64,000 nt of DNA, taken from contig NC_043002.1 of NCBI RefSeq assembly GCF_006345805.1, forward strand, positions 55,924,001 to 55,988,000, given 5' to 3'. Of the stretch, positions 51,077-64,000 are shown one piece after another (position 1 is the stretch's first letter; every line of letters starts with the position of its first letter). The notes under the pieces were generated by a model that made no database searches, was not told the origin of the DNA, and was given only the letters and a program-made list of their open reading frames with translations. The position numbers were made by a program, and so were the translations under genes. This DNA comes from Octopus sinensis. Its lineage: Eukaryota.

Positions 51077-51620
51077 AGTCAAAAAGTAATGCCATTTTGT
51101 TTAGGACAGGTATAATTATCAACACAGGAACATGTATCATACATCAAAATGAAGCTGGTCCTCTGTGGATCACATCCCTATTTCTCAACATAGTCACCGT
51201 TTCAATAGCAATGTTCCACCTTCAAATGAGAGCATATATCCCTGCCCCATAAAATTCTGCCGACTGTTCCTTGAGCCACTTCTTCACTACCTCCACACTC
51301 ACCAGATTTAGTGCCTTCAGACTATCATCTCTTTGGTGTTACGAAAGAGGGTTTGACAGGCAAACTTTATTCCAGTGACAAGGAAGTGAAAACTGTAGTG
51401 AAGAAGTGGCTCAAAGAACAGTCAACAGAATTTTACAGGGCAGGGGTATATGCTCTCATTCGAAGGTGGAACATTGCTATTGAGAGAAACGGTGACTATG
51501 TTGAGAAGTAAGGATGTGATCCACAGAGGATCAGCTTCATTTTGATGTATGATACATGTTCCTGTGTTGGTAATTATACCTGTCCTAAACAAAATGGCAT
51601 TACTTTTTGACTCACCCTCA
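51077..51620. mobile_element. Mariner-derived palindromic MITE (right end duplicated in inverse)
   Basis: ~214-bp inverted arms (51,077-51,290 / 51,395-51,612). Spacer encodes PSDYHLFG; right arm encodes RRWNIAIERNGDYVEK* plus TIR ending CTCACCCTCA-TA. Confidence 0.9.
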
Positions 51621-53574
51621 TATATATGTATATTACTCCTCTTCTCTATGATCTGTATAAGTCCTTCCAGACTGGTGGTGGGTGAGACTAGATAAGACTG
51701 ATAGAGAAAGAGAGAAGGATTAATCGAGTGGATTTCAGTATTGTCGGTACACAACTTCCTGGTATCAGCAGAGGAACAGTAAGTGTAAAAAGGTCAAAAA
51801 AAGACCGAGAAGAAATCTCATGTTGATGCTCAAGGCTTTTCCAGGTCCAAGAACCAAGAACCTGCCATCAACTTGACTGTTATTTTACCCTATTACTAAC
51901 TATAATCCTAATCCACATTGACACATAGGATAACTGCAAGCGATTAACCTCATCAGGGAGGCTGAAAGATATGTGGTCATTATCAGAGACAAAGTGGTCA
52001 ATATCAGAATAGTGAAACAATGTACTGAAAGTAGAGAGGAAAACAATTATTTTAGAAATAGCAAAACATTCACTAACATTTCTCTTAAAATGTTCTCTCT
52101 CTCTCTCTCACATACATTACTAGGCCTGATGCACAATAAAAAAAGTCAACAGATTTCATTCACTGGAAGACAGAACTAGTAATCTGTTTACAGAAGCACT
52201 ACATAAAATAGTACAGCATAAAAAACACAAGACAATACAAGAACAGAAGACAACCTACCCAGGTTTCATAACAAAATAAATTATGAACAATGATAAACAA
52301 AAAGAATTTCAAGCAAAAAGAAAAACAAACAACGTACTAATTTGAAAATATTTTGCTTTTTAGCAATATTTTTGGGGTGTGGGTGCAGAAAATGGCTTCG
52401 TTGAGCAAGTAAGGAAGCTTCTTCACAATCAGTTCTGTTAATACAAGGCAAACCATTTTCAGGAAACTCTCTACCATTCTTAGAATGGAAACCATATGTT
52501 TAGAGAATGGTATGGTCATGAGAAAGATTTCAAATGATCATATCAAAACTGATGCAGACTGACTCTGTGGACAAGATGAGATGCAACAATGGATATTGGA
52601 ATAATTAGAAAATTCACAGTGCAGAGAGTATAATGTTGTTGCATTAGAAAAACTAATCAAACTTCAAGGTTTCATTGAACCGGGTCTCTTTCAGTGTGTG
52701 TAGAGTCTTCTCAATGTGTTTGATTAGTTCCTCTTCTATGCCATAACCTGTTCAATTCAGAGGTGAAGGATGCTATTTGGAGACCAGATCAACACTATGG
52801 TGCAAAACTAATGAGGAATATAACACAAAGAGGTCTGTGGCATGAGACAAGAAATCTATTGTGATTCATCTGTTTTACATTCTACACATTCTACATCAGT
52901 AAACACTGACAGGTGAAAATGCATCCTTTAAATATAGACAGCATGCAATGTGAAACAGCAAATAAGTTTTTTTTCTATCTGATCAGGTGCACACTTCATT
53001 AATGACAATAAAGAAATCAACTTTAATCAAGTTTTTTAATCAAATGAAAATAAGAATAATTCCAGAAAAAACAGTGCAAATGACAAATGCAAACAAATGT
53101 GAAGGACTCTTTTTTTTTTTACCAAAACTACAGTAATATGGCGGAAAGGCACAGAATATTTCATTAATTAGTTTCTTATAGCAAAATCTATGATCAATTG
53201 GATAGATATATTTTTTCAATTAAATTCTTTATTTACATTTTTTTTTTTTTTCCTATTTGCAATAATTAAAAAAAAATACTTCCAAGTAGCAACACCTATT
53301 CACCAGATAGCTCCCACTTATTGTACAGATATCTCTTCAAAAACATTTTATAGTTTCTATATAAAATATCAAACTGTAATTAAAAGTTCGCTCAAGATAT
53401 TTTCAACGTTTGTTTCACTGGTTGAAATTGCTCTCCATTAAAGATGACAGCAGAGATTAATCTCAATGGCCACTCTTCCTAATGTAAATCAGAAAGTCAG
53501 GAAGTCAAAGGATTACAATTGTTTCAGCTATGTTGATTGATGCAAGGAACAATGTATGTTGTCTAAAACTTCAA

Positions 53575-53990
53575 CACAGGTATCACTCTGTGGTAAGAAG
53601 CTTGCCTCCCAACCATATGGTTCCGGGTTCAGTTCCACTGTGCAGCACTTTGGGCAAGCGTCTTCTACTATAGCCTCAGGCTGACCAAAACCTTGTGAGT
53701 GGATTTGGTAGACAGAAACTGAAAGAATCTTGTCATATATATATACATTTGTGTGTGTGTGTGTATGTGTGTGTCTGTGTGTTTGTCACCCCCCCTTACC
53801 ATTTGACAACTGATGCAGGTATGTTTATGTCCCCGTAACTTAGCGATTTGGCAAAAGAGACCGATAGAATAAGTACTAGGCTTACAAAGAATAAATCCTG
53901 CAGTCGATTTCTTCGACTAGCACTCTTTAAGGCTGTGCTCCAGCATGACCACAGTCAAATGACTGAAACAAGTAAAGGAATATAAAGGCA
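53575..53990 (+). mobile_element. tRNA-derived SINE family 1, near full length. Other copies at about 1-80, 4,290-4,440, 11,090-11,265, 15,310-15,640, 17,128-17,540, 25,500-25,660, 30,350-30,550, 36,640-36,915, 41,270-41,610, 41,930-42,325
   Basis: A-box-like TGTGGTAAG, B-box-like GGGTTCAGTTCC, shared body gccttgtgagtggatttggtagac, tail ccagcatg...gtcaaatgactgaaacaagtaaa. Confidence 0.85.
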
Positions 53991-56900
53991 AAGAGCAAAA
54001 TCACGCCTTTAACCATTCGGAAGTTTTAGAAAAGCAGCATGATAATTCTTTCTCTTGTAGGTACAAGGCCTGAAATTTTGAAGGAAGGAACTGGTTGATA
54101 ACATCTTGATTGGGAGTTATTTTAATGATTCTAATGGGAGGAAGGATAACATTGACCTTAGAATGTAAAGCCAGAAGAAGTGCTGCTAGGAATTCTGTCC
54201 AGCATGCTAACAAAATTCTGCCAAATCACCAGCTTGTAAGTCAGCAAAATAACATTAGCCATTCCGTTGTGAAGAGAGAGGTTAATTCTTTCATGAAGAC
54301 AGGTAAAAATAGTTAACTCAAACCAAATGGCAAAATACAAATAAATTCATTTGGAATTCTGCCATTGATGTCTGACAAATTACAACATTCACTGGGGAGG
54401 GGGTGATTAAAGAAGTAAATAGCGTAAAATGTTCTAAAATTTACCAACATTTTAGTTGATGAAATTTCACAGATTAATGAGACAGATATCCAGTTCGCTA
54501 TTAGGATCAGAATCAAATAATTGCCCACCACTCCAAAAATAATAAGAATTAACTGATATTTTGAAGTGGAGGTCATGGTGTTGGACATTTTTTGTAATAT
54601 GTTGAACTACAATTAAAAGAATCAATATGCTTGGATTTTTATCTTAATTTCTACAGCAACATTTCTTCATCTAGAGAACCGCTAAACCATACATTGGAAG
54701 TAACTATTTTCACTGAGATACATTACCGAAAGTAAAAACCATGAGCTTATAATTTTCCAAATGGAGAGAGAGAGAGAGAGAGCATAGAATAAATAACAGG
54801 ATCCTCCAGTGAAATCACTGAATCAAAATCAATGATGTTTCTCTGTTGATATAAGTATAGTCGACCCGTGATATTACTTTGAAAACTGGACTTTTGCACA
54901 AAAGTCAATTCCCCAAACAACTTAACTTCAATATGTCAATCACAACCTGGATTAAATATGGCCGTCTTCAAAGTAGTTTCAGACTAAGAATATATTACAT
55001 TTATATATATATATATATACACACACACGTATGTATGTATACACAAACATGTCTATGTTTGAATTATACAATAGAAGCAGCTCTATAGCAAAAACATTAT
55101 CAATACTACGTACTTAACGATGGGAGTTGTTGAAATGTTTAAGTGTGTGCGTGTGTAAAGTTAAGGCACATGGCCTAGTAGTTAGGGGGTTTGCACTCTC
55201 AATTGCTAGATAGTGGGTTTGATTCCCGACCTGAGCAGCTTGCATCCTTGCACATTTTAATACCTGGCATGTTAGTACCCTTGTGCACCTGTACAGGCAT
55301 TATTGATTTCATGAAGAGAGTGAGGTAATGTATGGCACACACATTTGATCACAATAAACAAATCATTTGTCCAGCAAAAGCTGAATGCTCGTGCTTTGTC
55401 TTTGATGGAAGATTCCTCCCATACATGTGTATGTGAGAGAGAGAGAGAGTTTACCTGACCACTGCTTGACAGCCAATGTTGGTTTGTTTATGACCTTTCA
55501 CTTAGTAGTTGGCAAAGAAGACTAATAGAATATGTACCAGACTTTTTTAAAAATAGTACTAGCATTTATTTACTCAACTAAACCCTTCAGAGTGGTGCCC
55601 CAGCATGGCCACAGTCAAATGCTTGAAACAGTTGAAAGACGAAATCTATTAATGTGTGGCACCTGGTGTAGTGGTTAGAGTGTTGAATTTGTGACAGTGA
55701 GATCGAGGTTTCAATTTCCAGACTGGCTTTGCATTGTGCTCTTGAGCCACACATTTCGTTTCATCACATTGCTCCACTCATCTACAAGTGAGTAACCTTG
55801 TGATGGATTGGGGTACAAGAGTGGGATGCTAACTCAGGAAAATCGCCCAAACAGAGGCCTTGCAAGCCATGTCTTGATTCAGTAATCAAATGGATGAATG
55901 GTACAGCTCATACTGTGAATACCGACTGGTTGGGACTGCTTGTTTAACCACATCAAAGGATGATGGTGGGTAAATAAAAAACATTAAAATTCAACGGAAC
56001 TTGAAATATATAAAAGTTTGTTGTTCTTTTTTTTTTGTTTCAACTATGAAATAATCTGTGCCTTCCACCATATATGATACACAAATAAGGGACGATATAA
56101 CTAAAAGATCAAAGAAAGGATTTTTAGGGATATAAAAGTGGATTACGTTGCTTGGAAATAAGCCCAGCAAAGGGTATCTTTCCTTGGCTTTGGTCTGTCA
56201 ATTAAAAATTCAAAGAAGAAAGAAATAATGAAAGAATATATATATGTATATATATATGTATACACTAAACAGAACTATGTAATGACAAGAAAAGGAAAAG
56301 TCGATTATTCTAAGAAGAAAAAACAATAGCAACAACAACAACCACCATGTCAACACAATTTAATATTATTTCCTATGAAGTCTTCTCATAAAGACAACAA
56401 TGTATTCAATGGTAAAATATAACAAGCCAAACACATACCTTGGTTTCCTTGTTGAGTTTAGAGAATTTAACTTCTCTAAAGTTGATTAGGTGTGTCAGCA
56501 ATAATAATTTATTAAACAACAAATTAATAACCGCATTCAAAAAGAATAAGTTTGTTAAGTGAGCCAGAAAATAAATGCAGTACAAGTATATTCAATTAAG
56601 ATGCATACACATGTATATATGTGTGTATGCACACACACACATATGTCTACAGACATATATACATATATATATTAATGTTTGTTTTTATAATAAAAACAAT
56701 TTAACATTAACCTAGATGATTACTCAATACTTTGTATAGAGTACAAATTTATTAATCTTTAACCAGAAAAGTATTGGCAGTGACTTTGATAATGGCTTCG
56801 TTAGCCAAAACTCCAAAGCTACTCTCAATATTATTCTTGCAAAAGAACAATATATGTTTATGTATAGAATGCACAAGCTACTTTTAAGATCTCATGCAAA

Positions 56901-59900
56901 GTAAACTGCAGGGCTTTGAGATAGAATGTTAGTTGTACCATTGTGTCCAAACACCAATACTAAAAGTATCTTTCAAAGAATTGTTTATATCTAATAAATA
57001 AGGAAAGCAGAGAATTATGACAATATTATATCTGCTAAAAAGAGTAGCAGAGATGACCAAATTCCTGTTGCAAGTTTTAATCAAATCAAGATCAACTGAA
57101 CCTTCTCCCTCTGAAAGAGTAACAGAATCCCTTTCAATAAGATACGGATCAATTCAATCAACTACATTAGATCCCTAACAAACTCAACCTTGTAATTTGT
57201 TGAATAAAAGAGATCAATATTTCTTATATTTATAGAGATTGCTATGAAAATGGAAGCGACTCTCAGCAGTTTGACTCGACACAGTTTCATTCTTGACTGA
57301 AGCCTATATACTTCAATTATGAAACTTATTTCATTCATTTCTCTTACCAACATGCTCAGCCTCTAATGCCCTTCACACGACACAAACCCCACACTTTCCT
57401 ATTGTCTCTTCTTATAATGCTTCACTGGCACATGGGCGGCATGCCAAATGCACTTTTGCTGAAGGACAAGAAGCCAAAGCAAAGGAGGAGAATGGACACA
57501 ATCCCGAATGGATAAAGCCAAACGGACAAGATGCTAAAAGGACATACAAAAATTAAAATTTAATCTTGTTAAATCTCAAGTGCCAAATTGATGAATTGGT
57601 CATTAAATATGTAGGTAGGAATGTTTTTTTTTTCTTTATTATTGAGGCCACTTGGCATTGTGTCCATTCAGCTTCTTAACCTTGGGCAAATGTGCATTTG
57701 GCATCCTGTCTGCACATAGCTTCACTTATGCCTTCAATCATCACCTGCCCTCAACATTATTGTCCCATGTTCCAGGAATCTTGGCATTGGTTGCCTGATT
57801 TCCATGGCAGAGGTCAATCGCAACATTCCCCATTGAACTGGACACAGGGTGACCCATATGCAGCTGAGTGGACTGGAGCAATGTGGAATAAAGTGTTTTG
57901 CTCAAGAACACAATGCACTTCTTGGTCCAAGAACCAAAACCAAAATCTTGCAACACCCTAACCACCAAGCTATGCAACTAACTCCACCCTCTTCTTGTAC
58001 CTTAAAAACAACCACTGATTGATTAAATAACAATCCAAACAAATAGCCTGAAAACCAAACCATTAACCAAGCTACTTCTCTTATTTTCTTTTGTTATTTA
58101 GTGAACAGTATTCCTTTCCTTTTCTTTTTTTTTGTTCCCTGATGTTTCCAACACCACCACTGCTGCTGCTAATGTTGCATTTCCTTTTGTTATCCAGGAA
58201 ATAAAATTACCAAACGCTTACAAACTATCAGCAGAGTGTGTTTCCTGTTCTTAATCCACAATTGCTTAACAAAAGAACTAAAAATATATTACAACTATAT
58301 GAAAGACAGAGAGAGAGAGAGATTACTACTACACAGAGTACCGAGATGGTCTTCAGCTAGTCTTACTACATGCTGCATGTGTAGCCATCCTGATCTGCTA
58401 CAGACACTCTCAGTACTCTGTACATTTGTTCAATGCACTTCTCTTACCCATAAACTCAATTGTTTTTCCTTGTCTTTATTCCTCCCTATTCCTAATCTAT
58501 TCTCCACCTGAGATTTAAAATAAGACCAACAGGAGACATATTCTCTGTTGTTAAACTATTTACCAGGTTACTTTGTCCTATAGATCAGCAGACTTTATCC
58601 AACATTACAAATATCAAAAATTACCTCATTAACAACTAATTCATACAGAGAAATATTATTGATGTGTTTCCTTGTTTTATTAATGAGATAAAACTAATTA
58701 AATGTAAGATTAGGGTTGTATTTGGAGAAGGCACATGATTTAGTGGCCAGGATATTCAGCTCACAATCATTAGGTTGTGAGTTTGATTCCTGGTAGCATG
58801 TGTGTCCTTGAGCAAGACACTTTATTTCCCGTTGCTTCCGTCTACTAAGCTTGCAAAAATGAGTTGTACCTGTATTTCAAAGGGCTAGCCTTGGCACACT
58901 CTGTGTCTCATTGGATCTCTCTAAGTTAGCGTAGATGTGTCTGTGGAATACATGGTCACTTGCACAGTAATTTTATGAGCCAGTAGTTCCATTCATTGGA
59001 CCAGCTGGAACACTTGTCATTGGAATTGATGGAGACCCAGGCCAGTCCTGTACTTGGCTGAATCAATAAGGTAACAGGCCAAGTAATGCTTGGTTGATGA
59101 TATCCTGTTGCAGAATAAAAGTGCCTCAGTCTACTTAGCTGCAAACAGGTACAACTTACAGTGAATCTCCAGAAGTGGAAATGCTGTATAATTTAATGTT
59201 TCCATTGACTGTAAATTCTTCTACTGACCCAGAAAAACCAGCAGTTATGGTAATCAAACCACAAACCATTTTAGTTCCCCTTGCCATTGAAACCTGGTTC
59301 TTGTGGGTTCAAGTGGTGCCACAGCCGACGTCTATGCTAAACTCATCATGCCAAACTACTTATCCTTATACAACAAATTCTACAACAGTAACTAAATATA
59401 AAGTTAGTCTATACCAAACAATAGACAATACCAATTTCAAGAATCTGTTTTCAGAACAATAATGTTCCTATAGAAGAGTTACTAATTCCTGAAACATAAT
59501 TTTGACTGTTGTTTTTAATTCAGTCTTAATATCTAATAATATCCAATGTTTGAGATGATGAACCAGTGATTCCATGATCATGAGTTCAAATTTCATTAAA
59601 GCTAAATGGTATGAAATATTACAAGTATCAGTTTGAGTTACAAAAAAGCAACAGACTCAGCCTCAAGATTTCGACTGCCTTTCTATTTTGTCAGCCGAGT
59701 AAACTGCCTTATCTGTAATTCCACAGAATACCTGCCACTCCAGCTTCTTAAATTAAATACAATAAATGGAAGTTGTTTGTATCATCAAAATTTAGAAACT
59801 TTGAGAGAACAAGAACTAATTTGTATTTAATGGTTGAACTTCAAGTAGACAAGGCTATAAATAATAATACTGAGTTGAAGTCATGGACAGCCCTTGACTT

Positions 59901-61811
59901 TTTCTATACAAAATGTGTTTCACTCAATATTTACCTTGTTATTTATAATTTTTCTACTTTGAGTTCAGCCATTAAAAATGAATTAGATACAATAAATTAT
60001 TCTTGATATTTTTAATTGTAGTCTTTCAACTCCACAACTTAATTAATCACTTAGATTTAATTGAATCAATTTTGTGCTTAGAATGTCTAATATCATTCAT
60101 TTGAAAACCTTAGTAGTTAATTAATATTTCACTACAGGAGATACATTCAGAGCTGTTGGACAATGTCCATAATAACACTACTGCTTGGACCAGTTTGTAC
60201 GTGTAACAAGTTTAAACTCTATTTCACAGGTCAGTTGGTAGCAGCTGGATTATATAAAACACAGCTGCTTCAATACAAATATTTCCAGATGTATTAGCAT
60301 GGGAAATCTGATTGTAGACATGGGAGGAGACAGAGGCAAATTACAATAAGACCTAATGAATAGTTAAAAACAAATACGATTAATAAACAGGTTTTTTTTG
60401 TAAGCTATTTCTAAAATAGCTTACAGCCTATGTACGACAGCTTAAAGCAATTTCTACAATGGTTCATAACTCATTGCATAGTTCTAGATCAAGGTAAATT
60501 GGTTCACATGGTGCAAGGGAAAAGTCTTTCACTCTTTAGCATTCAGGTTATTCTGTCAAATGTAATGCATTTTTATTCACATTGTTTTGAATTATTCATG
60601 CATTATCTTATGGCTTTAAGATTCAATGATGGAGAGGTAGATTATTTTGACCAGTTTAAATGCTAAAGAGTTAAAGAAGTTGTTTGAAAAACAAAAAAAG
60701 ACTCAACTAATCTTTATATTTTATCCATTTTTTAAAATGTTTTACATTGTTTTCTATTCTAGGCACAAGTCAACTATTTCTGATTAATTAATCTAACCCA
60801 AGTGATGGAGTGTGGAGAGTTTTTATAAACGTTTCTTACATTTAAATGTCATTCTGACTGCTAAACACTTCAATTCATGCAATAACCAGCTAAACACTTA
60901 TATGGGGACAAGGATGTGGGTTACTACACAGCAGCTGTGACAAGGCTTAAGTGTATGTAGTATGTGGTTCAATGATGCCATAGTCACACAATCAGTGTGT
61001 GTGTGTGTGTGTGTGTGTGTCATTTTATATCATAAAGGATCAACGGACATGATTAGTGAAATAATACAAGGTTTTAGAATTCCTCAAAAAGCTGAGAATT
61101 GGTTATATACATAGGATCTACATGTTATGTTAACTTGCAATGGTTTTGTGAAATTTCACTCCAATATATAAAGAATTTTACTTATAGTCAGCTTCAGAAG
61201 TTTTGGGCATCAATTAATAAGCCTGTACATTTCTAGAATCATTAGAGAATGGAGAATCTAAAAATTAAGGCTGGCTTTGGTAAAGACACCTGCATGGCTA
61301 CCATTTTGAGTTTTCAAAGTGACCACCACTATAAATAAATATACATTGGTTTCTAATGAACCTAAAAACTTATGCTAATTTTGTGTTTTGTAAGTAAAGG
61401 AGTCCAATAAAGGCTTTGAAATAAGGGTCACTTTCATATGAAAGTAACAAAAAAATGTTGTATGCTGTTGTTTTTTTTTATAAATTCTCATGAGTGAGTA
61501 TGGCAGCTTGGATCATGTTCAGAATATCATAATTTTTCTTGCTAGTACCTTACATCTACCATGTATTCTTGTAGTTTTTTGAGCAGGGATGCCAAATTTG
61601 AGGTGTGATATCTTTAGTGATGTCAACTGTTGCTATATACATTGGCATTATTAGAAATACCAATTAACCAAGAATCTATTTTCTAATTAACTTCCTATGA
61701 AAGATGTCTGTCAAAGGTGTACATATATTAGATATGATACACAGATGCCTATTTTAATTCAAAGCTGTTTCTACTATATGCATTGAATTAATTTTCAACA
61801 TACTATTACAG

Positions 61812-62191
61812 AGGCAGTAAGGCCTCACAGATGCAGTTTGGCTTCACAAAGGCAGTTTGGCCTCACGGAAGCAGTTTGACTTCACGAAGACAGTTTGGTC
61901 TCACAGAAGCAGTTTGGCTTCCCAAAGGCAATTTGGACTCACGAAGACAGTTTGGCCTCATGAAGGCAGTTTGGTCTTATGAAGGCAGTTTGGCCTCATG
62001 GAGGCAGTTTGGTTTCATGAAGGCAGTTTGACCTCACAGAGGCACTTTGGCTTTACGAAGGCAGTTTGGCCTCACAAAGGCAGTTCGGCCTCACGAAGGC
62101 AGTTTGGCGTCATGGAGGCAGTTTGGCTTCACGAAGGCAGTTTGGCCTCACGAAGGTAGTTTGGCCTCATGGAGGCAGTTTGGCCTCACAG
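61812..62191. repeat. 19-bp minisatellite, about 20 units
   Basis: Unit GCAGTTTGGCCTCACGAAG with variants; spacing measured at 19 bp. Confidence 0.93.
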
Positions 62192-63161
62192 TGACAGGTG
62201 ACCAAGACTTTTGGCAATATACCATGTTTGTGTAGATCTGTCAAGCCAAGTGAGACTGTAGTCATGGCCGATGCTGGTGTCAGATCAATGGCACCCATGC
62301 CAGTGGCACATAAAAATACCCACAGCATTCTTGGAGTGGTTGGCATTAGGAAGGGCATCCAGCTGTAGGAACCTTGCCAAATCAGATTGGAACCTGGTAT
62401 GGCGCCTTGGCTTACCAGTTTTCAGTCAAACCATCCAACCCATGCCAGCATGGAAAGCAGGCGTTAAATGATGATGATGATGATGTTCACATACATGGTC
62501 TGTGCCAATCGATTCAGACGACAAATATGTCCCCATCTTGAATGTCATTTCACATTTCTGGACAACTTCCCTTCAGCTCCTAGAAGACTACAAGTGAATT
62601 TCTCAACCAATAACATGGAATAAGCAAATTCAACAAAGAATTTATAAACCAGAACGGGTGAGTAGAATATGTTTGATTTTTGTATCTTTCACACATTATG
62701 TCTATGTCTCTGGCATCCACTGATCCCTAGAAAGGTAAAATGGTTTTAAAATATGAAGAAGAGAAGCCTGATTATGTTAGCAGTGATTTTCCTGAGGCCA
62801 AAAAACAAGTATGGTCCATCTAATTATGATCTTGGTTGAAGTATTTTACAGCTACCATTTTCAAACTCCAAAAGGGAACCAAGCAGGAGTCTACACAAAT
62901 ACCAAGATTAAGTTTTGAATTCTCCATGTTTTGACATTTCCAAAACTATATAGCTTTGCTGATTTCTAAAATTTCAAATAGAACCCAATGAACCTGACTA
63001 AAATAGAAGGGTGGGGAAGCTCTTATTACATTAATGACAAAGAAAAGATCTTCTTTATAAAAGCACACAGTTATCCAGCACTCAAAGGATCTACAGAGAC
63101 AATGGTCCTCAACATTGAGGGGGGCATTTTTTAAATTTTGTTTTTGTTTTTTTCACCTCAC

Positions 63162-63230
63162 CTGAATTTTTAAAACTGCGATTCCTCAAATTAGGGAAGT
63201 ATGAATCAGAACTTAGCAAATTGTGGATCC
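63162..63230 (-). CDS. Candidate 69-nt symmetric exon (IHNLLSSDSYFPNLRNRSFKNS), gene uncertain
   Basis: tattatttcag acceptor, CAG|gtgagg donor, open phase 1 to 1. No convincing homology seen. Confidence 0.35.
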
Positions 63231-64000
63231 CTGAAATAATAGTGGAATTTAATCCCTGAAAACAATATGGTACAATTTCTATAGAATAAAGAATTCTTTC
63301 ACAAATCTGTTGTCATTTTTTCTGTCATTTAATGTTTTATAAGAAAAAAAAAACAACATAAAATGAAATACAGAACAAATTAAAGATAATTTAAATTCCA
63401 AAATAAAACAACAAATTAGAAGCATTAGTAGAACAACAAACAAAAAACTTTTCTCAGAACTTGGGGTTACCCTTCATGTTCTGGGTTAAAATCTAGCTAA
63501 TCTCAGACATGTGTAGCTATTATGAAGACAGGAATGTTTCTGCTCTAAGTATTGGAACAAAATGACAAAACCACCAGAGAGAGAGACAGACAGACAGAGA
63601 AAGAGGAAGAAAGAGAGAGAGAAAATAGGAATGAATAAAATAAAATGCTTCTTGTTGAAAGCAGGAAATCATTTTAGGTAAGAATTAATAAAAGAATGAA
63701 AGAAGAGCAAATGGAGCCTATCAGACAGACACATGTTACCGTTATGAAAGACAGGAATGTGTCTGCTTTGAGCATTGGGACATGTTACCATTATGAAGAC
63801 AGGAATGTGCCTGCTTTGAGCATTGGGCCAAAAGCAAGAAAAACACTGGTAATCCTTCTAACATTTGTAGTGAGAGAATCTAGGCTTGACTACAAATTTA
63901 TCAAAACCAAAGTAGAAATATATCACCTGCTTTATATGGATGACTGCAAACAATACATAAATACTTGAAAAAAAAAAAAGAACCTGGATTCTCTAACCCA

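Noticed and set aside
61831-62235. Repetitive ORFs (RRQFGLTKAV...)
   Set aside because: Artefact of the 19-bp minisatellite.
302-63968. Most remaining short ORFs in the track
   Set aside because: They map to SINE or LINE tails, microsatellites (poly-L, YI, HT runs) or the antisense of real exons.

Overview
AT-rich animal genomic DNA. The repeat content (tRNA-derived SINEs, RTE-type LINE tails ending in (GAT)n, dense (TA)n/(CA)n/(TAA)n) looks like a coleoid cephalopod, probably Octopus; this is inferred, not verified. The backbone is the middle of a minus-strand DOCK-family GEF gene, most like DOCK-B (DOCK3/DOCK4/sponge). I traced 22 GT-AG exons from 41,024 down to 789 that splice in frame: 2,287 nt, 761 whole codons, from the DHR-1/C2 domain into the start of DHR-2. 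The 5' and 3' ends of the gene lie outside the window. Introns are filled with mobile elements: a decayed mariner, hAT, piggyBac and pogo-like MITEs, RTE and R4/Dong-like LINE pieces, and at least three SINE families. The most unusual signal is a set of minimal type-I hammerhead ribozyme motifs of Penelope/retrozyme type. One family is the 3' tail of a tRNA-headed SINE that has twice inserted as an inverted dimer flanked by a 13-14 bp target-site duplication. Another sits in a 543-bp direct-repeat unit that resembles a retrozyme. Also seen: several long fold-back palindromes, a short templated insertion or 3' transduction, TE-born minisatellites, and a 22-kb stretch with no recognisable DOCK exons that may hide a nested gene. 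All alignments and folds were done by eye; repeat boundaries are approximate.
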